From positions 6,944,001-7,008,000 of the forward strand of contig NC_042997.1 of the NCBI RefSeq assembly GCF_006345805.1: a stretch of 64,000 nucleotides of DNA, read 5' to 3'. Positions 26,841 to 39,974 of this stretch are shown piece by piece (position 1 is the stretch's first letter; the number at the start of each line of letters is the position of its first letter). The position numbers and the translations under genes were made by a program. The stretch comes from Octopus sinensis. Lineage: Eukaryota. The notes under the pieces were generated by a model that made no database searches, was not told the origin of the DNA, and was given only the letters and a program-made list of their open reading frames with translations.

Positions 26841-26844
26841 GTAG

Positions 26845-29430
26845 GAGTGCCATGACAGGGGGAATTACAACCGTGTTTCGTGGATCCAGTTAGCTCAATA
26901 CATCATCAGGAGGAACCAAGTCCTGTTTCGGCCCCTACTTCTCTACCGTTGTGACGTGGCGCCCCCCCCCCACCTTTCATAGGTGTCTTCAGCTCTGGTT
27001 TTTGCTGCATGTCTTTTTTCTTCTGTTCCCTGGCCTCTTCCATGTATCGTCAGCGAGTGTCAGCCGGTGACTGACGGTCTTGTCAAATTTTTCCCTTTAA
27101 ATACCTGTCACATGGGCTCCAGCAGGCAGTCCCAGCAAGTTGTCACATGACACTGTCTCACCTTAACCTAGTAGTGAAGGCACGTAGTTTTAGCCCGCGC
27201 GTCTTCTAAACGACCGTCACCTGTCAGTCAGCTTGTCTCACTTTCAAGCCATTTTCGGTCTTCCCGCTTCAGCCATATATAGAAGCTGGCTTTTTCGACC
27301 GCCTCCTGTACTCTCCTTATTAGTTTACGCAGCTCGGGACAAAAAAAAACAAATCTTCTATTGAAAAGCGTTGTCATTTTCTTTTCAATGAAGCCTCTAG
27401 CCCCTACTGCCAGGTGAGAATATTCGACATTCCATCCCTGTTCTTTGCATTCTTCGATTAGCCTTTCATACCTCTTCTCCTCTGCATTGCCGATGTTCTC
27501 TTCCGAAGGTAGTGTAAGTTCTAGTAAAATTCCCATTTTCCGGTCTCTGTTCCAAAGAACTAAATCCGGTCTTTTTGTTGTTTTTATTAGAGGAAATATT
27601 ACTTGTCTTTCCAAGTCCGTGGGCCACCTCCCAGTATCCCTTCCATCTTTCGTCTATCTCGTATACTTTACTTGTAGGCTTGGTTTTATAACCTTTTACC
27701 TCCTTGTGAATGTATACTCTCCTGCGCTTTTCTACTTTTGGGTATTCTCCCCTATTGTACCTCTCAATCTTATCCTTGAGTGCTGCGCTTATAACGCCGA
27801 GGACTTGATTATATCTTTCTAGTTCTAGTCTGCAAACTGACAGAACATGTCTAACCGTCGCTTTCTATCTGCATCTACACTCGTCGGTTGTTTTTATGTT
27901 ACACCGGACTAAGTTCGCCGGTGAGGGTAGAACGTCGAAAGTAGACTTGATCAGGAAGGATGTTCTTGCTTGTTCCCAAGCCCAAAGTTCCTTCCATGAT
28001 ATTCTGCGTCTAATCACATATTCCTCCCATCTCAGGCACTCTCCCTGTTGCATTGCACCAAATGGACATTTCGCCTTTCTTCTTCCTCCTTTCTCACTTC
28101 GTATACCACTGCCTCGTTCATCTCTTTTACACTGCTCTTGCAAAATGGCCTAAAGTTTTGCGACCCTAGGCCGGTTCTAGCTTCTTGCGTCGCTCCGACT
28201 GTATCTGCGTGCCTTGGTTTTCCGATTGCGCTGTTTACTGCCACTTCCGCCTTCCATTTCCTCCCTGTTCCTACATTTGGAGGGTTTGCTCGGATGCTCT
28301 GATCTTTTGAATACCTTCTCATCATTACTGTCCTTGTCTTTCCTGCCTTATATTCTTCGGCGATTGATGTTATTGGTAGTTGCAGCACGGGTTTTCCATA
28401 TAGTGCAGTTGTATTCAGTGGTTTCGGCAGACCGAACCATTTTCTGATAAACACACTGCATCTTTGCTCCATCCTTTCTACTATACTCGAGGCTATTTCG
28501 TACATTTGCAATGGCCACATTATTCTTGGGTACAACCCAAATTGCAGTATCCAGCATTTGAATTTTCCCGGCAGCGTTGTTCTGTCAATTGTATTTAATC
28601 CTTGTTCTACTAACTCGTGCGTTTCTTTCCCTTGCTTCTTTTCTTTTAATAAATCTCTATACCATCTGCCGAGACTCTTTACTGGTTGTTCTTTCACCGT
28701 TGGTATGTCTTCACTTCCTATCCTAAATTTCACTTCTTCTTGCCTTCCTTACACGAAAGCCACGCTTCGAGAACTTTTGGCTTTGAATTTCATCCCTGCT
28801 CATCCTATCTGCTGCTTCTCTACTTTCCGATAATATAGTTACATCGTCCATAAAAGCCCTTAATGGTGTCTTTGTAACAGCTTTCTCACAGTTTGTAGAT
28901 CTGAGTAGCATTTCCATGACTAGCACGAATAAGATGACCGATATCATGCATCCGGCTGCAATACCTATTTCAAGCCGTTGCCACTCCGTTGTGAACTTTC
29001 CTGCTGTAAATCTCATCCTCAGGTTGTCGTAGTACGACATGAGCATTCGTTGAACATCTTTTGAAATCTAAAAGAAGTCCATCGCTGTTTTTATTATTGC
29101 GTGCGGAACAGATCCATGGGCATTGGCAAGATCTAGCCAAACAATATACAGGTTTTTCTTCATTTGTTTTGCACAGGTGATGGCTTCCCAGATGGAAAAT
29201 GCGTGTTCTATGCACCCAGGGATTCCGGGTATTCCTGCTTTTTGAATTGCTTCATTAACGTATCCGTTATGCTGTACGAATCTCATAATTCGTCTAGCAA
29301 TTATTCCGAACATGATTTTCCCGTCTGAATTTAGTAGTGAAATCAGTCTAAATTGGCCTAGTGCTTTTGCCTCTTTTTCTTTAGGTAGATAGATACCTTC
29401 GGCTATACACCCTATGCTGAATGGTCAGCT
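26845..29430 (-). mobile_element. RLE-type non-LTR retrotransposon (HERO-like), 5' truncated within RT, decayed
   Basis: AEGIYLPKE..QFRLISLLNSDGKI; GIPGCIEH; WLDLANAHGSVPH; GIAAGCMISVILF; LRAFMDDVTIL; CCHC-like ECRCR*KATVRHVLSVC; PD-(D/E)XK endonuclease RPDLVLW..LLELTLPSEEN; ~380-bp 3' UTR. Confidence 0.88.
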
Positions 29431-29589
29431 GCGCTGCCCAGAAAATGACCCACTGTGGATGGTAGCAGTTGCTGTTCAATTTATGAAAATATTTCTTTTG
29501 AATGTGTTGTTTAAAAAAATTGCGTAGGTGTTATTCTAAACAACATTAGTGATAAAGTTAAGACGGACAAGGAAGGAGACGAAGACGAA

Positions 29590-29710
29590 GAGGTAGAAAG
29601 AGAAGAAGAAGAAGAAGAAGAAGAAGAAGAAGCAGAAGAAGAAGAAGAAGAAGAAGAAGAAGAAGACGGCGAAGAAGAAGATGAAGAAAGAGAAGGGAGA
29701 ATAAGAAGGA
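29590..29710. repeat. (GAA)n microsatellite
   Basis: Directly visible. Confidence 0.95.
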
Positions 29711-30289
29711 ATGTAGATAGTGTGAAAATAATCAGGTGTTAAATGTTTAAATGACCTAAATTTGGCACCTTATAGATTATAGCAATGCTTGGGACTGTTT
29801 TTTTAATGAATTCCTGTATATATATATATATAAATATACAAACATACATGCATAAAGCTAATCCAAACATGAAAACACTAAGAGAAAACACATATAAAGT
29901 GTTATATATAATCCGAGACTTTCAAGTGTGATGTAATCTTTAATCACTTTGAATTTGAATGAAAGAAGTTGATATCATTAACATAGGGTGGGCTGCAATC
30001 GGTCGAGTAACGTCACATGGTGTCGTGGTTTGAAGTTAGTATAACCGTAGTATAGTGACGATAGTTATTTGGAAAACACCGTACGGTGAACTGGAAATCG
30101 ACCATAAGAAGGACAGGAAATTGATCATGTAGTGGACTATGTAGTGGACAGAAAATCGGTCAGGTTGCTTGAGGGGAGGTAAGAAGGGGCGGTATGAGAA
30201 AGTATATAGTTGCATTTGTGTGTGTTTGGATGCGCTCATATTGTTTTGAGTGCATGTATTTATTGATGTGAGCGTGCACATTTGTGCCC

Positions 30290-30348
<59 letters not shown>

Positions 30349-30469
30349 TGCACAAACATTTTTTCCTAACGACTAAGAGCCTTCTAAGCAGTATTGACAA
30401 CAGCATGAACTTTGTCTGTTTTGTTACCCTATTAGTGGATTTAAGTAACATTATGCAAATGTGTCCGAA

Positions 30470-30625
30470 TGATTAAAAACTTCTATTTATTTATTTATGC
30501 AGTTCAGGAGAGCCCTGCATTTAAATTGATGTAATGATTGCATTGTTCATTTAAATGGACCCCCTTGAAACTGTCGTACTGCATTACCTCTGTATGTACA
30601 GTTGCGTATTTTGATTTTATTCATC
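30470..30625. repeat. ~150-bp dispersed repeat; second copy at 41440-41590
   Basis: ttatgcag...atttaaattgatgtaat--ttgcattgtt...taaatgga...gaaac--tcgtactgcattacctctg present in both. Confidence 0.75.
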
Positions 30626-30659
30626 TTATTTTGAACTTGTACGGATAATACCGTCTAAA

Positions 30660-30970
<311 letters not shown>

Positions 30971-32767
30971 TACGCAAATGTATATGTATGCACATGTAGA
31001 ATGTAGATATATGTGTACGCGTTTGTGGATGTGTTTGTATATGTGTATATGTTGTGATCTTGTGTTGTGTGGCTATGTTGGTTTAAATATTGATCTTGAA
31101 CCTGTTTGTTTGTGTGTCTGTACGTTTTGGAAGTAAATATGTTTGCTTTAATGCGTTACTTATCTGCGCATAAGATTGATTCAGTGCATTTGAATGCTCT
31201 TTTTTATAAAAGCGTGCATTCGCATAAGTCTTTTTGACGTAATATTTGTTAACTATAGACGTCAATACTTCAGATTTATTGTTTAAAATGTTTTATACAG
31301 AAATTAATATTGTTAAAAATCTCTTCATTTCTTTTTCTCATTTCTTTTTCATTTCTTCTCTTTGCAGTTGTCTTACCTTTCATTTTGTTGTCAGTCAGAG
31401 ATGGCATTTACTTTTAAATCGCCTAGCATTATAATTCCTTGTTCACTTCACTTCTATTATGAAGCGAATATATCAATGTTATCTGAATATCTATACATGG
31501 AAAATAATGAACGTGTATCGATCCTCAAACACAGAAGTTCTTTTTTATTCATACCCAAAGAAAATAATTTGTGTAAATAATGTAAGGAAAGAAGTGAAGT
31601 CTTCCGCTGTGATAAACTTTTCAGTCATTTAACAAAAACCAAAAAATATAAGGGAAGTAAGACGGACAAATATCGTAAATAATTTGTATAACGATAGGGA
31701 AACCTATAAATCACAAAAATGAGACCAGATCGAAAAAATAAAAAAAAGTCATGAATATATAACTTTAAATAAGCAGTCTTTCTTACAGTGTTTTTCTCTA
31801 CTTGTCGGTTTTGCAAAATAAACATATTTAACTCATTGTAAATGAGCTTCTCTTGTTCATTACGTTATTTTTCCTGTTGCTAGACATTGTGAATATGACA
31901 CTCGTCTTATATTCGGAAACAGTTAGATTTAGTGTCACAGTAAACTGTACAGAAGATGAACAGTTCTGTAGACCTACTGGAATATATCAGTATAGCATTT
32001 AATCCCATTTAATTTTTATTCATTAAAATTCATTTAGCTTCACTGCATCCATACAGACTTCCTGTTTTTGCATGTCAGTAAACGGAATTATGTTTAAATA
32101 ATGTTTATTTCCAAAGTATATCATGCAACGTATTACCGTGCAAGTAATATTGGATAGTGGTATAGACTTAAAATTCAATATAAAAATTATATACACATGC
32201 ACTGAATCCTATTTTATGGACAGAATATTCAGTAGTGGATATACTTTATCTGTATAACCCTACTTACTGATTATAAGAAGAGATCTGAAGTGTATCAAAA
32301 TTGTAATTCGTCGAAATGTGTATTTATTTAATGAGATGCGAATTGAAAATGTTGGGTTCTGTTTCCTTATAAGAGTTTCGTTAAAAATGAAGGGTTTGGT
32401 TAAAACAGAGCCCTGGTATGTCGGAATTTCTGAATATGGTGAGATCAGTGCGACATATGTTCCTTTGAAATAACAGAAATTTTACGAGTAGGAGCAAAAT
32501 AAGTCGAGACGATTAAGTCCAGAATGCTCAGAGACTAAAGGGATATGATGTCTCATAACGGATAATGAAGTTCTTGAATATGGTAAGAGAAAATACAAGT
32601 GAACAGTCACCAAACATGTAAATTTTAAGTGTCTCGGGGAATGTGACATGAGTGATCAATATACAGGATGAGATCAAAAACATGCTGTCAAAATGATAAA
32701 GCAAAAATGCAGGAAGCCTGTGAGTTAACAATTAGACTGATTTCATGATTAACCACTTCACACTCAG

Positions 32768-32811
<44 letters not shown>

Positions 32812-33559
32812 ACGTATGCATGTATATACGTGTGTAGGTTTGTGTGTATATGTATACATGTATATATGTACGTATGCACGTGTGTAAGTGTGTGGCGTGG
32901 CGGGTAACTAACTATATTAAACCCATGGACATAGGTAACGTGTATGAAATATCTGGTGAACTATCGGCATAAAATCAATAAGATCGTGGAAAGAAAGAAA
33001 TAGTACATTCTTATAAGTTATGTTTGGATACTGCATAAAATTCCTTACCTGTTTTTTGTTCGACCTTAAATCAAATAGTGTTCGAAAGTTTTATGGTTAA
33101 TAAACTACTAGAAATATAATTCTGGCGTAGTCTTTATATTAAAGAAAGCCATATACACGTCTCCTCTTCACTTCATAAAGTTGCTGTCGGGAGAAATATG
33201 TCTCAATTACTTTTAGCTAAGCGAGAGGTAGCGTAGATATCCGTTCGTCATTGATGCAGTTTTAACTGAGGTAACTTTGTGGGTGGAGCTGGGAAGAGCT
33301 CAGGGAGAAGAAATCAGTAGTTACGGGGCTACAGGACTGGTTTTAGTTCTGCTGAAACAGAAATATACATAAATAGAGAGAAAGAGAGAGAGAGAGAGTG
33401 TGTGTGCAAGACAGACAGACAGACAGAAACAATCAGACAGATAAAGAACATTTTTCTTAAAGTGAAACTTGACGACAATTCAGTATCTCATTGAATCATC
33501 ACTTGTATACATCCATTGATTAATAGTTGGCTTTAGGATTCGAAGCTATTACAGTACCT

Positions 33560-33990
33560 GATCTTTACTTTAGACGGGTTGGGTGGGATTTTTGGAATAA
33601 CGCAGCATGGTCTGTTCGGTGCTTGGTATATGTCTCCTGCTGCCAGCCTCTCTAGGATCTTCCATGTGTATTAGAGTACAGACTACAGTCACAATTCCCT
33701 CAATCTCTCCAGGGAGCTCAGGCGTAGTGTTGATGCTATCTTTTTGGTGCACACACTGCTAATTTATACCAGTGTCTTCGTCCCTTGTTCTGAATGTTGT
33801 CCCTTTTTCTGAATGTTGTCAGTATCCATCCGGCCATACGCCTACACATATTCTGCATGTTGGTGATACGCACTTGAAACAATACATCGTGGCTCATATG
33901 CATCCCCGGGCCCTGCATTGATCTTTGAACTCTGGGATTACCGCTCTTTATGGTCCTTCGCTTGCAGTAGAATAAGCGTTTTTTTATCTC
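33560..33990 (-). pseudogene. CR1-type LINE 3' fragment
   Basis: FQVRITNMQNMCRRMAGWILTTFRKRD and SLERLREL..YTWKILERL resemble the CR1 ORF2 C-terminus. Confidence 0.6.
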
Positions 33991-36900
33991 TTTATACGCC
34001 AAAAAAAGGAACAAGACAACTGCTCTCTGTTTGCATATTTATTTGGTACACAAATAGGATACAAATTTAGTTTATCAATTTGAAAAAAAATCAACTATTT
34101 GAAACATCGAAAATTTTGCGAGTTATTTAAAAAAAATATTTTCTTTACAAGTTATTTAGTTTGTAATGTGAAAGTAAATAGCCGAAACTCTTTTTTATAA
34201 TATGCAATTTTTGTTTAGAAGCATACAACACAATTGTGTGAAAGCCAAGTATATTTGTTATACTCAAGTATTTCACCTATACTTAGGCCAAATCAATATA
34301 GATTTGGTTACATTCAGTTACTGATAAATCTTCCTCACTGACAGATTTTCTGTATTCATTTCATAGACAGATTAGTAGATTAAAGATATTTATAGAGTGC
34401 AGGAACTGAGACCGATTTCTATGGATCACTCTAATTATCCTTGCTGTGCATTCGCTGAAAATGTGGTGCAGAACCGTTTTAGATTTTCGAAATAGGTAAA
34501 TGTTTAAATATTGTTAAAATATATAAAATATCTAATATAACGAGTCTCTATGGGGAGAAAATCGGATGGTATTTCTCTGTTTAATGTTTAAGAAGAGAAG
34601 AATCTGGTGATATCGTGATATGGAAATTACTGATGCGTTAAACTGATTTGTTTTAATGCTTACTGCGTAGATGGATATATGAATGGAATTTAGTCAATGA
34701 TGTATAAACAAATATAAATACCCATGTATGAAGTTTCAATACTTTTATGCGCAGAATAAATGAGATCCGTCGGATTAATTTTAATCATATCTTGGGTCAT
34801 TGAATATTGATGGTGAAATAAACAATTCCATACAGTTTGTCGGACACACCGATTTCTGCATATAACCCACACTAGATAGAGCTTTGTTTCTTAAATTACT
34901 GATGGGCTAACAATATTAGCTTGGTGGGCGTTAATAGAACCAATGTGCTTAGAACAGTGATTTTCTTGATAAAAAAATGTTATTCGGTTGTTGATGAAAT
35001 CTAGATGCCAGAAAAGCAATAGACATTAACGAAAGTGGAGTAAAATAAAAAAAAATCAGACGCTGAAATTATATTGGAACGGGTATAAAAATATATAAAT
35101 AAGATGATACAAATGATTAAAATAGAATTAAATAGAAATAAGGAAAAGTTAAATTAAAAGATGGGCAAATGAGTATCTCAGAGAAAATGAATAATTGAAA
35201 CAATAAATGAATTACAACTAGCTTTGTGAAATGAATGTGAAGAATAGTGGTTATTGAAGAAAATAGGAGAAATAGGAGGGCAAGGAAGAGAGGAGTATAC
35301 GTAAAATACGTTGCCACAGTTTGAGTGTACGATGTATATATATATGTGTGTATAAATGTATATTTGTGATGTAGCAACATTTAGCATTCTGTAACTTAAG
35401 CTAACTGGTGTTAAGAGAAAAGTAAAGTATCTCGGTCGTAGAATGTAAATTCGTACCTACATATACACATTTGACAACTTTCAGATTTATTGATTAAAGA
35501 TATATTTGCACACTATCACTCTAATATATTTCGACAATAAAGGAAAACTTATAACTTGTGGATGTATTCAGTAGACAATAGAATATTTTCTTAATTAAGA
35601 CAAAGATAATGATTATTTTTTAACAGTTAACTTAAAAGGTATAATGATATACGGAAAATATATTATCTTCTGCGGTTTGATATAACAAAAATTGAATTAA
35701 TTTCATACTCCATGGTATATGTAAATATATGTGCTCGTGTTGTTTCACGGAGATGTGCTTTTGTATACACGCGCCTTTGTGACAATAGCGACCTATCTTT
35801 AGATGGCGATTTGTTTTAGTGTTCTTGTACGTTATCGTTAGCGTCACTCTGATCGAATTTTTGCATAATCTATGGTTGTGCACGTTGAAATTGTCTTTGC
35901 ATTGTATGTGTGTCCATGCGCGTTTGTATATACAAACAATGTACATATATGCACATATATGAATATAAGTCTGAATGAATATGTGTCGATAGTTATATGT
36001 ATATCCATGTATCCTCTCATTCTTCCTTTCCTTCTCCCTCTTTTCATATGCGTGTGAAAATGTGTCTGACTCTCTCTGTGCACGTGTATGGTTTTGAATA
36101 TTCACTAAAAAAACTGTGCAAAACTAAGCGCAATACGACGATAATACACATTTTCTCACCTTTATGCTGTATATTATACAAGAATAGAAAAATATTTTCA
36201 AAGAAAATCATTAAAGAAATTTTCCAAAATCTATAATACTAACTATATATATTTTTAATTTCTGTATTTCTTATATATTTAGAGTGAATCATACATCGCC
36301 TGTTCAAGAAGTATTTGTGAACTGATATTCCTCTATAGCTGGGTGATTCTCCCGAAATATAGGAAGAATTTATATAAATATCTCAATTCTCTTTTCGCAT
36401 TGTAAGAAGCTCTCCGCATTATTTCGTTTCTGTTTTCTTGATAAATTGCTTCAAGCGAACTACCGCACTTTTCTGAAATCATTGGAAATATACAAAGCCT
36501 GACAGCATAATGATGATAACGTGTTAATCCAGGTTTTGGAAAGAAATAAAAGCAGTCTACTAACAGTGAGTTGTTGAGCTATAATAATAGACAAAGAACA
36601 AATTAAGAAAATACGATTATCTTTAGAAAAACAATAACTCATTGACTGACTAAAGATCAAACTGCGAACAGTATGTGTGCGTGTGTGTGTGTGAGAGAGA
36701 GAGAGGGGGGAGAGTGTTTGGAAGGATATATCATACGAGCGGAGGGCGTGGTGGCTTTCCGTTACGTTCCAGGTTACAGCTAACCGCATCGTTCAGTATT
36801 TAACGTATATGACTACTCTTAGTTGCCAATCACTCTATAAATTCCTCTGGTGTATAATTCTGCATTTGCTTCACTGGAAGGTAATATCGGCTGGAGTATA

Positions 36901-37009
36901 TATTAGTAATAATTATAAGTTATAGAAAATGATCTCCTTTTCTTTCTCATGAAATTTTTCTTCTTCGTTTACAAATTTATCCACCTTATTGTGGATTTTG
37001 TTTCTACTG

Positions 37010-37072
37010 CACAGATTATGGGCAATTTCAGATGCAACCTGGCACGATTTTTGTTGCAACTTCATCAGGGTG
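37010..37072 (-). ncRNA. Hammerhead candidate with canonical core and weak helix I
   Basis: cacc-CTGATGA-agttgcaac-(14 nt)-gttgcatct-GAAA-ttg-ccca-taa-TC-tgtg: helix II 8 of 9 pairs, helix III 4 bp, AUC site. Confidence 0.45.
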
Positions 37073-37149
37073 TCTTTGACTAGTTTTGAACCAACCTACG
37101 TATTTTTTTTTTGGGGGGGGGGGTTGTTGCCTTCAAACTGAGTTCTGAG

Positions 37150-38300
37150 ACTGGTGTAGTTGACCTCAGATGCTCACCAGTTGATTTCCGAAGTTAACAC
37201 TAAGTCTAATTATGTCAACGTTGATGTTAGTGTTTTCGCAGGGCCCTTTATTTATTGTGCTGATTGAGTACGTTGTAGCTTTGATTTCAAGTGTAATTCT
37301 TGCAATGTAAATTCTTTAATTCTGAATACTTTCGTTTTCTTGACTTTTTTATTTATGTTCTACGTTATACATTGGACAGATTATAAAGTAGGTTTCTTAA
37401 GGTGAGCTATGAATTTTTGGAGTTTAGGATATGTCCTCGAAACCGTCCTTTCACACACAGCTGTGGGCTGGCCAGAACATTCTTTAAATCTTTTTAAAAA
37501 TTTATCTGTTTCTGCAAGCATTTTAAGGCCTGTTCAAGTCTGGGTTTAAGCAATGTGTTTCTTGATATAAATATTTGATATAATTCTTCTAAATTAGATC
37601 ATATCTACTCCACTCTACCCGATATGGTTTAGCTGTACTGATTAATTCCCACAATATAGTATAGCTAGGGATCCTTTAACCGCATTAGTTTGCTTATGCT
37701 AATATCATTCATCTTTTTACTATCTCTAAAATAATTTAAATTATTACCTAGCCTTCTCTTAAAATTAAGAGAGCTTGCTCGTATGTACAGGAACATCTTT
37801 CTCTCAGAAGAGATTTTTCATAATGCATCTCAGACTGGTTCCCAGTCTCCAGACCAGTCATCCCGCTTGTGAAAAAAATTCTCTTCGACTGAACAAGACA
37901 ATCACGCGGAGCAGGCGTCTGCCTCGTAACTCCTTTGGTCGCGCTGCGCACTCGCCACTGCAGGGAAATACTTAGAGACTCGCCGCGGCTGCGGCTGCAG
38001 CTTTCCTGAGTTCCACAGCCAAATTATGTTTCGTGTTATGGCCTCTACTAGAAGACTGTGCTCTCCTCGTATCTATCGATCCAATATTATTTCTAAGCTT
38101 CCTGCTGTGTGCCAGTATTTCCACGGTTCATGGACCCTGTCCTGTGGATGTATCGGTATGTTCTGGAGTGGATTCCCTCTGACTGCTGGTTCTCAGGTTA
38201 ATGCACCCCTCACTCTAGTGCGTGTTATTTTAATTTTAGTGCCCTGGTCCCTTTCGTTATAAGTTAATTCTACCATTTAATCCGGAATGAAATTATCAAT
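37150..38300 (-). mobile_element. Possible very decayed LINE 5' region (L1/Tx1-like ORF1)
   Basis: GC-richer block with ORF1-like fragments (PQLCVKGRFRGHIL..LTLRNLLYNLSN); no decisive motif. Confidence 0.3.
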
Positions 38301-38378
38301 ATTTCCATTGATGGGTTCACCATTCCTGTTTAAAACATCTCCGCAGGAGAGGGAGTACCAACGGTTTAGTAAACTTAC

Positions 38379-38414
38379 TTGCTGATCAATGTGTGTCATT
38401 AAATTAATAGAAAT
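38379..38414 (-). CDS. Candidate 36-nt microexon (ISINLMTHIDQQ)
   Basis: Minus strand gtatttgttttcag|...|gtaagttt with one open frame (phase 0-0); could be a chance match. Confidence 0.3.
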
Positions 38415-38826
38415 CTGAAAACAAATACCCTCTGTTTAGAATGCTAGGTAATAGCCTTTATCATGTAGGCATTTGAGATGTTCAGGTTCGGTTCTCTGTA
38501 AAGCATGCTAGTCACGTTTTCTCAGTCTTCTAAATAATATTTACCCGATTTTCTAAGCTGTTTCCACAACTATTTTGAGTTCGAGAACTCCTTTATTTTC
38601 TTTAAAATATATATATATTAAAATATATTCGCATAGACATGAACACACAAACACACACATACGTGCAGGCGTGGTTGTGCGGTAAGAGGCTTGCTTCGCA
38701 ACTACGTAGTTTCCCGGTTGAGTATCACTCTGTGATATTTTGGGCAAATCTCTGCTACTAAGGAGTCGGGCCGAATAAAGCCTTTAGAGTGGATGCGGTA
38801 CACGAAAACTATAGGAAGCCTGTCGC

Positions 38827-38875
<49 letters not shown>

Positions 38876-38962
38876 TATTAGAGACAAAACCACTATTTTG
38901 CAAAACAAACAAGGAAAGACTTAATCAATACATAAAATTTTAATAAATAGTCAAAAAAACCG

Positions 38963-39005
38963 CCACTACAATTGTTTCTTGTCTTGATCGACAATCTTCA
39001 GGTAG
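38963..39005 (-). ncRNA. Minimal type I hammerhead, minus-strand copy in the left arm
   Basis: ctac-CTGAAGA-ttgtc-gatcaa-gacaa-GAAA-caattg-TA-gtgg; helix I contains one G-U. Confidence 0.7.
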
Positions 39006-39057
39006 ACTTCCAATAAGTCAGTTTCAAATTATAATTTGAAACTGACTTATTGGAAGT

Positions 39058-39100
39058 CCACCTGAAGATTGTCGATCAAGACAAGAAACAATTGTAGTGG
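39058..39100 (+). ncRNA. Minimal type I hammerhead, plus-strand copy in the right arm
   Basis: ccac-CTGAAGA-ttgtc-gatcaa-gacaa-GAAA-caattg-TA-gtgg; helix I 4 bp, helix II 5 bp, palindromic helix III ACAATTGT, predicted cleavage after A39096. Confidence 0.75.
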
Positions 39101-39275
39101 CGGTTTTTTTGACTATTTATTAAAATTGTATGTATTGATTAAGTCTTTCCTTGTTTGTTTTGCAAAATAGTGGTTTTGTCTCTAATAATATTTTATAATA
39201 ATTTACTATAAAATTGGATTTAATCCTAAATCTGATTTTTTCCCTGTAAATTTGGATTTATTCCCTAATATTTAT

Positions 39276-39344
<69 letters not shown>

Positions 39345-39651
39345 GTCTATATGTGTGTGTCTTTGTGACTGTGTTTCTCCCACACCACCGCTTCAGAATC
39401 AGTGCTGGAGTGACCACGTCCCACTAACTCAGTGGTTCAATCAAGAGAATAAATACTAGGCTTTTAAAAAATCCTGGCGTCCATTTGTTCGACTAAAACC
39501 CTTCAGCACGGTGCCCCAGGATGCCCATAGTCAAATGAGAAAAGGAACTAAAGAAAGATGAATTATTAATATAAATATATGTGAATATAATTAGATATGT
39601 TAATACATCTAAATTAGTTAATGACTGACCGATTCTCTATCAAACAAATAA

Positions 39652-39697
<46 letters not shown>

Positions 39698-39701
<4 letters not shown>

Positions 39702-39974
39702 CGTGATCACGTGACCGACCAGACCATCAGATGTTTTTCACATCGCTGGTCACAATGCGTTCGCATTGTTTTAGCCTTCGAGTGACGCCACCCCGCTGGC
39801 TAAGCGAGCAGGCCAACAGAAGAGTGAGTGAAAGAGTGGTGAAAGAGTACAGCAGGGATCACCACCCCCTGCCGGAGCATCGTGGAACTTTTAGGTGTTT
39901 TCGCTCAATAAACACTCACGACGCCCGGTCTGGGAATCGAAACCGCGAGTCCGCTGCCCTAACCACTAGGCCAT
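39698..39974 (-). mobile_element. tRNA-derived SINE, well-preserved copy
   Basis: Minus strand tggcctagtgg (A box), ggtttcgattcc (B box), body, and tail cacgtgatcacgtgat running into (TA)n. Confidence 0.85.

Larger units (their letters stand above)
38866..39197. repeat. 332-bp spacerless palindrome (166-bp arms, 2 mismatches) of PLE pLTR origin
   Basis: Centre between 39031 and 39032 (caaatta|taatttg); mismatches at 39004/39059 and 38935/39128. Confidence 0.95.
38661..39560 (+). mobile_element. tRNA-derived SINE split at its internal microsatellite by a PLE palindrome insertion
   Basis: Head 38661-38830 and body/tail ~39330-39560 match the two halves of the uninterrupted SINE at 58961-59400. 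Confidence 0.75.

Noticed and set aside
36741-36886. GC box, CCAAT, TATAAAT and a donor-like gtaata in order
   Set aside because: CCAAT is only ~10 bp from TATA, which is atypical; motifs this short are expected by chance.
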